Shown here: positions 53,571 through 64,000 of the stretch, piece after piece
Numbering within the stretch: the stretch's first letter is position 1
How the letters are laid out: each line of letters opens with the position of its first letter
Assembly (NCBI GenBank): GCA_976551045.1
Contig: CDPCPM010000024.1
Coordinates: forward strand, 2,728,001-2,792,000
Direction: 5' to 3'
DNA from: Glaucostegus cemiculus
Lineage: Eukaryota
Length of the DNA: 64,000 nt
Made by a program: the position numbers and the translations under genes
Notes under the pieces: model-generated
The model's database searches: none
What the model was told of the DNA's origin: nothing
The model's input: only the letters and a program-made list of their open reading frames with translations

Positions 53571-54774
53571 TGACAGAATAATTGGCAGAATCATTGGCAG
53601 AATAAACCCAGCATTCTCTGCAGCACAGATCTAGTTTCACAGAAGCGGACATGAGGTTGGTGGTCAGCATTTGTTTGTGTGGACGATGGGTGACTTCGGA
53701 GATCGCTGTCAAACAAATTAATATTCTGTCATTAAGGCCTTCCGTTGGCAGTGGCACAGGGATCCCAGTGACACATAATTGATCCAGAAAAGAGGATCCG
53801 TCCGCAGCCTTTTCTCTGTTTGTAATATCACCCACAAATACCCAAGAAGTTTGAGTGGTCTGCCACGAGTCGTCTGCTACCAGATTACTGGCCGCCCGCT
53901 ACTTCCTGACTGAAAAGGTCCACTTCCCTGCCATAATCCAGCACAGTTCATGAACATTTACTGACAGCCGTAGACACTTGGTAAACTAACAACATGTTCT
54001 GCAACGGGTCTGATCAATACGCGTTTTTAATATCCTCTTCTCTTTTTAAAAGCATTCTTAAATTGTTGACTTCAAATCATGGGAATATTGGAAACTGAGA
54101 TCGAAAATAATGCTGAATATTGTGGCACGTTTTTACACCACTCCTTCCATTTCTTTTTACGTGTAAAATAAATGTTACACAACACTTCTACATGAAGCCA
54201 GACAGTGGGAGTAAAAGGTGCTAACTGATCATTGCATAACCCACTTCAGGATTGAAACTGTTTGTAATGTGTGTCCTTCTGAAGTTAGATTTGCACGAAT
54301 TCCAACTGTTTCATTGGACTGTGGATCAATCCCTCTCCCAGCAATCGACTTAAGGAGCTAAACACCGTGCGATGACTATCTACATTTCTGAATATGTTGG
54401 GTTTTTTTGGACGTAAGAAAATATCCACTTTGACCAATTATAGTTCATTACTGTTCTTGCCTCTGAGAATCTGAATGCACAACAGCCACGGAAGAGTTTC
54501 AGCATCTGAGATGGCGGACGTTAAAGAGTTAGTGTGATTTATGAATTATATAACCGAAACGGTATGTTGCGACTTCTTAGGAAGAGTGTGTACTTGCAAC
54601 CATATGGACTGCATTCTGACTATGTATTTCTCTTGCGTGATAAAATGATCAGGATGTGATGGCGGACAAAGGCCTCACAAGAATGTTTGGATTGTATTCA
54701 CTTCAGTGATTGAACTGAACACGGTTGTTCCTGCTGTGAATCCATACTCTACTCTACTGTGGCTTTGATCTCGA

Positions 54775-55360
54775 GAAAAGGAGAGAAAGCTGGAATAAAC
54801 TAAACAGATGAAATAGAAACAGAGGGACCAATACATTTCAGTCAATAGTTCATGTCAAGTGCCTCCATCAGGACTGAGAGCGATGAGGGAAATACCAAGC
54901 AGCACTTTGGGGTTGGGTGAGAGATAGAGGCGAGGAGGTGACTGGTGGAAGCAGGTGACGGGTAGATGGAATTGCATTGGTAAGCTGTGGGACAGAGAGT
55001 GGTATTTGAAAATTTATACCATATTGTGGTGTATGATGGGTAGAGAAATCCAGTTACGAAGCAAATGGGAAAGATTAACAAAGCAGGAATAAAATGGAGT
55101 GGACAGAAAGTTCTGTGGGAGGATAGCGCATGGAAATGGAAACAATTAACGTTTTTAACATTGGCTTGCAGGCGACCCGAGCAGAATGTGCAAAGTTGCT
55201 CTTCCAATCTGCGTCTGGTCACTCCTTAACAGCGGGGAATCCCGAGGACAGACTGGTTGGAGTAGGAGAGGAAGGCGCGTTGAAACATGAACCTAAGATG
55301 GCCGTTACGGACAGAGTTCAGGTACTCCAAAAATTGTCATCAAGTCTACACTTTACTTCA
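54775..55360 (-). mobile_element. Penelope-like fragment
   Basis: TRRRLEEQLCTFCSGRLQANVKNVNCFHF, GIY-YIG C-terminal-like. Confidence 0.65.
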
Positions 55361-55944
55361 CCAAAGTAACTGAGGTTTTATCGAGAGCACTGAATGCAGT
55401 ATTACATATTCGAAAGTCCATGGAATATATTGTCATGTTTTCACTAATTCTGTTTTCGTCTGAAAGACCATTCATTCCCTTGCATATATATTTGAACAAG
55501 GGATTCCAGTATTTTGGCCTGTCATTTATGATTGTCATCCTACTGTGACACCAAGGGATCACAATCCTTATTAAAAATTCAATTGCGCTGTTGTTGTTTT
55601 GCTTTTTGTGATATCACTAGAAAATTGTCAAACTGCATGAAATCCTGCTAGTATTTAAATGATGTTTTATTTTAATTTCATCCTACATGCACCTACTTAG
55701 TATAATATTTAAATTATACGTGGCGGAAATGAATGAAGATGCAGATTAGATCTTGGTTAAAATTAAAACAAGAAATCACTCCTTCAAGGGAAGGGATATT
55801 TATTTCATAGAAATTCTCCTCCAAGTCAGATGTTGCATAACTTATAATTGCAGCCTGGTGCCACATTTGTTGAAAATTTTAAATGTAGAATCATCAATAC
55901 ACAGAGTAGCAATTTAACCACGATCAGAGGCACATACCGAACAC

Positions 55945-56030
55945 AGCCTGATTAATATTATCAATGATTGAATAACTCCAGACATCTTGCAAGCTGATTA
56001 CACCCTAGAGTTTTCTCTGCGACATAAATA
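55945..56030 (+). promoter_or_regulatory. Conserved proximal promoter of copy F
   Basis: TGATTAAT at ~55949, GATTGAATAACTCC at 55966, ACCCTAGAGT at 56002, CATAAATA at 56023, 78 bp before the start-codon position 56101. Confidence 0.65.
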
Positions 56031-56100
56031 ATTGCTAAATGTGAAATCAGGAGTCTCGTATGGCTGTAGAACTATCGAGAGACGTTGCTTCCCTTCGTTC

Positions 56101-56170
56101 ATAAAACAGCCTGTGATACTGCAGACCGAGAGTATTTACTATCCCATTCTTGCTATAATTGGAGTCCCAG
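56101..56170 (+). CDS. GPR139-like GPCR copy F, coding exon 1 (start codon ATA instead of ATG)
   Basis: (I)KQPVILQTESIYYPILAIIGVP+G, then GTAAG donor at 56171; aligns codon for codon with copy C exon 1. Confidence 0.8.
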
Positions 56171-57562
56171 GTAAGGCAGCCATAGAATGGCATTTCACGC
56201 ATATATTGATGTGTTTGACTTGCCAACCTTAATTAATCACAGCCGAAAGGTTTGTTCTGTAGCAGGTTATTAACGCAAACACCTTAGTGAATTGGAAATA
56301 TGAAATGAATTGTATTTTTTCAGTAATGTACCTGAACAGTAATATCATAGTAGTATTAATTGTGCACTGCATTGAGCAATTATGCCAACGAATTTTGATT
56401 TTGTCTCGGGGGCATGTTATATCTGTGCTTTCTTGCATCCAGCAGAGAGATCTATCTCCTTCGAAAAGACGCTGTCAAAACAATAGCAGCAAGCCGGCTT
56501 CTATGAGGAACTCTGTGAAAATGCAGTGTTTCTTCCATTTTCCGTTTTCACTCTATGAAGCAGCCTCTGCCGAGAGTCAGTATACAAATGAAAAATAAAT
56601 GTAGGTTGACCTGAAAGCCTTATTTCACAGTATCAAACATCAGGAACCAATTCCAAATTAGAATTCTTTGTTCCTAATTTCCACCTCTTTGTTGACGAGA
56701 TTTCTCGAAGTGTAAGTTGTGTTTAAGCAAATGAAGATCAACGGTTATATGATAACGAAAGATCATATCGTTATCATAAAAGAAGGCAACAGAAGATAGT
56801 AATGAAGCAATCTGCTAAATCTCTGTATTCTGCCGATCTACAGGCATCGAAATGTGAACATCTTCATTTCAAAGTTGATTGAAAACTTTGTGGGGAGAAG
56901 CTCATGCAAGCGATGGTTGAAACATCCCGTTTAAATATATTTTAATTATGTGTCGGTAACTTAATTTCATTGAAATAAATCAATTTGGTTAATGATGAAA
57001 ATGTTTCATCTGTTTACTTTATTAAAGTATATAGAACTAATTTGTTTCTTTCCTCCGTCCATCAGAGACAAAACAAAACAAAGTTGAAAGTCCAAGTGCC
57101 AAACGTATACAGTGTTTCCAGCATGTAGCGTCTCAGAATATACAGGAGACTGAATCACAGTTCTGATCTCATGCGCGCGCAGTATCTCAACTGCACTTGG
57201 AATTTCACCTCGTTCATCCCGCCATATGGGATATTTCACAGTGGTCTTGTTGCCTAAGTGTCATGATTCCAGGCAACATGTTCTCTGCAAAGGCAAACGT
57301 TCTCACTTTGAGAGCAGAGTAAAATATATCAACAGCCGAGATTTAATTTAAAAAAATGAGACGACATCCAATCCACATGATTGTTTTTGTGTAGCATAAT
57401 GCACTACCTATCCAAAAAAGATCCACCAATGGTAAAGGAATAAATTAAATTCAGGAAGTTTTCGAAATCATTGCTTTGCTGAGTTTGAGTTGCAGCAAAG
57501 GCAGCGTCTATTTCTCGGGTTATTTCTATTTATAATCCATTTTTTTTTCTCTTCGTTTGCAG

Positions 57563-58482
57563 CTAATTTGGTGGCAATCATCATTTTGTATTCTGGAAAG
57601 TGTGGTCTCTCTCGTTGCATCGTCCAATATTTTATATTAATGGCGGCAGCAGACCTAATGGTGTTGATCTTCAATATAATGATGTATGAGTTCAAGGAGG
57701 CATTTTTTCAGCATTCTTTCCTCAATTATACACCTGTTTGTAGTTTTCTTATTGTAATGAAATATCTTTCACTTGATTGCTCTGTCTGGCTAACCGTCGC
57801 TTTTACATTTGATCGATTTTTTGCTATTTGTTTGGAGTCATTGCGGACAAAGTATTGCACAACTAAAGTTGCATCGAAGGTTATAGTACTGGTATTTTTG
57901 TTAAGCATGATAGAAAACATTCCAATCTATTTTATATTTGAACTTCGGAAAATAATTAACAATGTGCCATGGTCCTGTTTTGTAAAGTCCAGCTTTTACA
58001 CCTCACCAAGTTGTGTTGTGTTTTTATGGTTTGAGACTATATTAAAGCCATTTGCACCATTTGCATTTATCCTACTGCTCAATTCCTTAACTATAAAGCA
58101 TATTATAATGGCGAACAAAATCAGGACCAAACTCCATGGAAACCAAAGTGAGAAATGCCAGACTGATCAGGAGACGGACAACAGAAGGAAATCGATCATT
58201 ATACTGGTTGCACTATCCTGCAATTTTATTATCTTGTGGATGGTAAATTTTGCATTCTTCATTTGTGTACAGTTTACAGATACTGAATTTATGGAAACAG
58301 ATATCAATGACTCTTTCACCCTTGCAGAAAGAAGTGGCTATATGCTAAGGTGTTTGAGCACTTGCACAAACACCTTCATTTATTCCGTATCTCAGAGAAA
58401 CTTCAGAGAGGAACTAAAAATGATATTTAAGCGTCCTCTTTTTCTCATTTCTCGCTTGTTCAAACGCTTGATGTATGTTTAG
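57563..58482 (+). CDS. GPR139-like class A GPCR copy F, exon 2 (uninterrupted; 329 aa with exon 1)
   Basis: Acceptor tttgcag|CT AAT TTG; open frame to TAG 58482 with the rest of TM1 and TM2-TM7, MAAADL, C3.25 (PVC), SVWLTV, DRF, ENIP, W-x-C in ECL2, STCTNTFIY and FREEL. Confidence 0.9.
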
Positions 58483-61400
58483 GACGAAAATACCTTGGTG
58501 AAAACAAAGTCAATGTAAGTTATTCATTTAAGATGCTGTAATATAAATAGGTTTAATAATAAATTTGGTGACGTAGTTTTCATTTCCATAATGTGTTTGT
58601 ATTTCTTTTCTTAGTTATCTTTGAAGTAATAAGCAACACAATTCCATCTTTTTCGTATTTGTCACAAAGTCAATGAAACAAGTACATTTGCTTCATGTAA
58701 CTGATGAAAAGACAACAGCTGTCTCAAAAATGTCGAGACATATATGACATATTTAGAGGCATTTTGTGAAGACAGCTGTGCTTCAGGTTGGTCATCTTTC
58801 ATTGGAGCTGGAACAAAAAAAGTAAGTCAAAATGATATGATTTGTAAAACAGAAGATGCTGAGCAGTTTGAAAAGAAAAACAAGTTATTCTGTCTCCTGG
58901 CAGACTCAAAGAATGAGGGAAAATATAAATGTTGTTGTTGGCCACTGATATAGGGTCCGTGCGCTTGCTAATTGCATTTGTTTCTCTCTGGAGAAGATGG
59001 AAAACGAAAGGGCAAAATAATCAATAACCACAAATCAGAAGCAACTACAATTGCAGTAAAAAACACAGATAGAAACTGTTGAAGCAATCAACAGGACAGG
59101 CCGCATCCCAGCTGAGAGAAAACAGTGCTAATGGTGCAGGTCGTGGCCAATCATCAGGCCTTCGTGGTTCTGATGCAACAGGAAATTATGCTTGACGGAA
59201 ATTGTCGAATGCAATATCCTGAGGGAGATAAACTGTCAATCTACAAATACCGAGTGTTCACGCAGGAGTAGGACTGGGAGATGCAACAGAAAGCTCGGGA
59301 CCTCTCTGCCGGACTGAAAGATTCTGTGTTCGGCTATTCTGCATTGATGTATCTTTCCACTGCTGATAATACCACATTTTCAGCAATGAATGCAGTTTAT
59401 TAAATTGGAAGTAGAAGGTAATTTCTTGCGTTTTCTATCAGGGACGTTGTTTCCGCTTGCTTGGTGGGAAGACACGTAATATAAATACAGATGTGATATC
59501 TCGGGCACATGGTGAGGGGCTGAGAAAAGGTTAGTGGATGCTGTATTTCTAAGCTTCAAGCAGAGAACTGGAAGGATGGGGGGAAATACCTGACAGTTTG
59601 CAGCATCAATTCCTTTCAGTCTGAGACTGATGGTGAAAAGAATCAAATAACGGAACCTATTTTTTTAATCTAGAGCAAAGCTGGTTAACGGAGAGATGAG
59701 GCAAATTGAAGAGATAAGTTTGTGAAACTTTCAGTTCTGGACCAATCAAAGGCAGAGTGGAGTAAAAAAAGTACCTGAGTAGGAATGTTTTTTTTTTCTC
59801 ATCAGAGCAAATATAACAACGTTGACTAAACCAGGAGAAAGGGATGAAGTTCTTATCGGAAGCTCGGAAGAAATACAGTCAAGGTCTCTATTGCTGTCTA
59901 CGCACTTACGCCTATTAATTGAAATAGAAAGTCCAATGAAAGATCAGAGATCTTCGCGTGAAAAGTAGATCGGAGCCAAATTAACACCAGAGATGGACGA
60001 AGGTAAGATTCAAAATGAGATTTAGAAGCAACCCGAATACAGTCAGCAGTATAGCAGAATAAAGTGTGACATCAGATTAATGGAGATGTACCGCACAGTT
60101 ACAGACCCTGAACTACGTCCATTCCCACTGATTTTCCTATTTATACTAATCCAATTTTACAGCATTAGCACAACATCTTTCCTCTGCTTTCATTTGCGCA
60201 TGCCTGTCCAGATGTCGATTAATTGTTGTGATTTTATCAATTTCTCCCACCGACTCTGGAAGTGAGTTACAAATATTAATGATTCTCAGTTCTAACTGAA
60301 ACTATCTTTTCAAATCCCTTTTAATACTGATTCCTGTCAACGTAAGCCTATGGCGACATGTTTCTGATACGCATACCATGGGAGAAAATAAGATTTGCGA
60401 TAAAACCAATTGACAACTTTCATTATTTTACATCTCTCTCTCCGGTCATTACTGAACCTCCTTTACTCCAGAGTAAACTAACCAAGATTTATCCAATCTC
60501 TCTCCATATTCAGAAATCCTCCAATCCTGTCAATTTCCTGACAAATCTATTTTACACACTCACACCAGTGCAAACAAAAAAAAAACGGCAGTATTTCAAC
60601 CAGAAAGTCCACAGTACTGCATGTGCGGTGTAACTAATATTTTGTGTGTTTTCAATATAAGTTCCAACTATTATATTGTATGCCATGACCTGTGAAGGCA
60701 ATCTAGGCAAATATATCATATGTCTTCTTCACCACCTTATTTATCTCTGCTTTTGCTTTCAGGGCCATCAGTTCATACTTGTTGGCAGTAAATTCCACCA
60801 GCTACCTTCTCGCTTAATTTTCCATCTGTTCGATAATCTTTCAATATCCTCGATGTCCATAATATCACCAATTTCCCTCTTATCTGCAAACGTACTGATA
60901 ATTACTCTTATGTTCACTTCCAAGTGTTTATTTTTATCACAAACAACAAGGATCCCAACGCCGAAAAGTGCATTTCAATATTAGTCGCAGCTTTTCAATG
61001 CCAAAAAAGCATCTGCCACTTGCACCCTGTGCCTCCTGTCACGAAAAGTAACCAGATCGCCTTGGAGCCCATGCAAATTAACGATCAAGTATGTATGTGA
61101 GAGCAGATATTGGGAAACGGAAGTACGTTATTTTTCAATTACGTGATATAAGCTGCCCTAGCCGAATCTGCAAGGCTGCTCTGACGGCCGTTCTGGACAG
61201 ATTACACCACATAACGATCGCCAAATCACCCCGACCTTTCCGCAAATTAGCTGAGGTTATATCTCCAGCATCGAATGTACTATTCCATGTTGGAAGGGAT
61301 GTTCGACATGATTGTGCAACTCCCATTGGTTCTGCTGTTCAGCTTGAACACAATTCCATCTGTGACATGCCTACTTAAACAAAACAGTTTGTCATTGTTT

Positions 61401-61835
61401 TGGCATACAATTGATGAATCCCATTTGATTTCAAGTCGAAATGGCTTCAACCAATTTTAACAAGTTTCTGCAGTTTTGGGGAGAGTTTGCTCTGAGTGAT
61501 ATTTCTGGAAATTTTCATACTGCGTCAAATTCTCCGATTTTTATTTTATTTCCACAGGTAGCTGCATATTACAATATTTAAATGAGACGTACCAATATGA
61601 AGGAGGATGCATATCATATCTTGTTGTAAATAATTTTAAAAAAAACGTTAGTTCAACATAAACGACATTTATTCCAGAGAAAATGCTCTCAAATTCATCT
61701 ACAATATATCACATCGCTCTGTTTTCGTGTTTCACCTGCTGAAATTTTTAAAGGCTAAAACCTCAGTATCCAGCTCAATACTTTAACTATCATCAGAAAC
61801 ACACGCTAAACACAACCGAACTGATGTTATCAAGT

Positions 61836-62036
61836 CACTGAATAATTCCAGCCATCTTACGTGCCGATTCCACCCTGAAGAATACTCTAAGATAAAAGTA
61901 ACTGCTAAATTTGAAATCAGAAGATCGGCGTTGCTGTTCAGCTGCCTGGAAACGTTGCTTCCTCTCAATTAAGGAACGAACTTTAATCCTGCAGCTGGAA
62001 AATATATGCTATTCTATTTTTGCAGTAACTGGAGTT
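61836..62036 (+). pseudogene. GPR139-like GPCR copy G: promoter and degenerate exon 1 (61971-62036)
   Basis: CACTGAATAATTCC at 61836, ACCCTGAAGA at 61872, TAAAAGTA at 61893; (K)ERTLILQLENICYSIFAVTGV with AAG at the start position; donor site lost. Confidence 0.8.
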
Positions 62037-62986
62037 AGATAGAAACATAGAAAACGGACAGGACAATTCAGGCCCTTCGGTCCACAAAGCTGTGCTGAAT
62101 ATGTCCGTAACTCTGAAATTATTAAGCTGACCAAAAGCCATCTAGTTTTCGTAGCTCCATGCACCTATCCAAAAGTCGCTTAAAATTCACTATCGCATGT
62201 GCCTCCAACACCGTTGCTGACAACCAATTCCAAGCGTTCATCACTCTGAGCAAAATAAACTTGCCCTGACATCACCTCTGTATCTACTCTGAAGCACCTT
62301 AAACGTGTGCCCTCTTGTGGCAACCACTTCAGCCTGGGGAAGAAGCCTCAGACAATCCACACGATCAATGTCTCTCATCATCTTACACACCTCTATCAGG
62401 TCATTCCTCATCCTCCGTCGCTCCAAAGAGAAAAGAACGAATTTACTCAAACTATTTTCATAAGGTTTGCTCCCCAATCCAGGCAACATTCTTGTAAATA
62501 TCCTCTGTACAATTTCTCTGGCTACCACATCCTTCTTGAAGTAAGCCGACGTGAACTGATCACAATACTCCAAGTGGAGTCTGGCCAGTGTTCTTTACAG
62601 CTGCAAAATTACCTCGCGGCTCCTCAATTCAATTCCACGATGAATGAACGAGAATACACTGTCTGCCTTCTTCACCGAACAGTCAACCTGGCCAGCTGCT
62701 TTGAGCGTCATAAGGACTCGGATATCAAGATCCCTCTGATCCTCCACACTGCCAAGAGTCTGCCATCATATTTGACCTACCAAAATGAACCATTTCACAC
62801 TTTTATGGGTTGAACTTCATCCGCCACTTATCGGCCCAGTTTTGCATCCTATCTATGTCCTGCTGCAAACTCTGACAGCCCTCCACACACTGCACAATAC
62901 TAGCAACATCTCTGGCATCAGAAAATTTACTAACCCATCCCTTCACTTCCTCATCCAAGTCATTTAAAAAGATCACGAAGAGTAAG
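62037..62986 (-). mobile_element. 5'-truncated CR1 LINE replacing the intron and 5' half of exon 2 of copy G
   Basis: EYCDQFTSAYFKKDV..QRIFTRMLPGL..LFSLERRRMRNDLIEVCKMMR; atagaaacatagaa tail. Confidence 0.9.
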
Positions 62987-63452
62987 GTGTTCTTGTTGAG
63001 CGTGTCAGAAAACGTTCCAATTTATTTTATTCTAGAACCCCGGGATATAGGTAACTTTGTGCCACGCTCTTGTAAAACATCTATGCTTCATTGAATTGAG
63101 TCGTATTTTTTGTGGTTTGAAAATAGTTAAAATAAACTCCATTTGAACCACGAGCTGTATTCCTATTGCATTAATTCCCTGACATGAGAACGTATTATAT
63201 TGGCAAATATTAAAGTGAAAGCTCCGAGGAAATAACAGTGATTGATGTTATTGTATTATGCATGGCAAATCCAGTCTACTTCATCTATGTTCAATTTGCA
63301 GATACAAAATTTCGGCAACAGAGTTCAACTCTCTTTCGCAATTGGGTAAGATAGTGGCTACATACTTTGGTCTTTGAGCACTTGCACAAACACCTTTATT
63401 TATGCAGTATCTCAGAGAAACCTCCGAAAGGTGCTAAAGGATATGATTTAAA
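62987..63452 (+). pseudogene. GPR139-like GPCR copy G, 3' remnant of exon 2 (TM4-TM7, degraded)
   Basis: VFLLSVSENVPIYFILEPRD..VPRSC, FLWFE, and ttgagcacttgcacaaacacctttatttatgcagtatctcagagaaac (LSTCTNTFIYAVSQRN); indels and stops. Confidence 0.85.
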
Positions 63453-64000
63453 GTCTTTTTTTCTCCTTTGTTGAAATGTTGTATATATGCTTTGGACTAA
63501 AGGAATTTTATCCAAACAAACGAAATGTGCGGGATTCAGTAGATTCCCAGAGATATTAATGTGTAAAATATCATATCATTTTGCTACAGTCGTCATTTCT
63601 AATATTTGCTTGGATTTTACTTTTTTTATGGTTAATTTGAAACTACAAGCAATAGAAAGCGATCCTTTTTTTCTGATCTGCCGTAAATGCAATGAAACAC
63701 GTGCATCTGCTTCATTTTACTAATGTAAACATAACAACGGTGGCAGAAAATGCTGAGCATAAGTGACGTGCTCTGACGCATTTGTGAAGACAGCACTACT
63801 TCCGGTCGATGATCGTTCATTGGGGCCAGAAATTCTTTTTAAAAAAAATTATTTACTGCGTGGTAACAGGCCCCTTTAGAACAACGAGTCCACGTCGCCC
63901 ATTTTAAACCCCAAATTAACCTACCCGTATGTCTTTTCGAATGAAAGTGACGTACTATGCTGAAAAGGGGGCGTGTGGACAGAAATAAAGAAGAAGTAGT

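Noticed and set aside
57490-57562. ORF-track N-terminus MQQRQRLFLG... of the 330-aa ORF
   Set aside because: It starts at TTG inside the intron's polypyrimidine region; the true 5' end is exon 1 at 56101-56170.
63855-63945. Possible reverse-strand SINE tail near the window end
   Set aside because: Too short and degraded to call with confidence.
1-64000. CRISPR arrays, rRNA genes, prokaryotic operons, and the remaining 60-150 aa ORFs
   Set aside because: Eukaryotic repeat-rich DNA with no regularly spaced direct repeats. The other short ORFs mostly have non-ATG starts, span N gaps or fall within TE remnants.

Overview
AT-rich vertebrate genomic DNA. The HE1/V-SINE, CR1, Rex1 and Penelope repeats and the receptor type point to a cartilaginous fish (shark or ray); this is an inference. 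The window is a head-to-tail tandem array, all on the + strand, of seven copies (A-G) of a two-exon class A GPCR resembling GPR139/GPR142: a 70-nt coding exon 1, a phase-1 intron inside the TM1 motif GVP/A-N, and a ~905-920-nt exon 2. Copies A and B form one subfamily on ~9-kb duplicated units, and C-G form another. As assembled, no copy is fully intact. A and C each have one extra A in a GAAAAAAGT run, B has 2-nt and 1-nt deletions, F has an intact exon 2 but ATA in place of ATG, and D, E and G are deleted or TE-disrupted remnants. Six copies keep a proximal promoter cassette with near-invariant spacing (TAAT-type element, O/E-like element, TATA-like box, start codon 78-79 bp downstream), reminiscent of olfactory receptor promoters. 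The main hypothesis is a birth-and-death, possibly chemosensory, GPR139-like receptor family. Also present are a Gmr1-type Gypsy remnant with a tRNA-Pro PBS, solo LTRs, many LINE fragments, Penelope remnants with hammerhead-like motifs and three N gaps. All alignments were done by eye, so TE boundaries are approximate.
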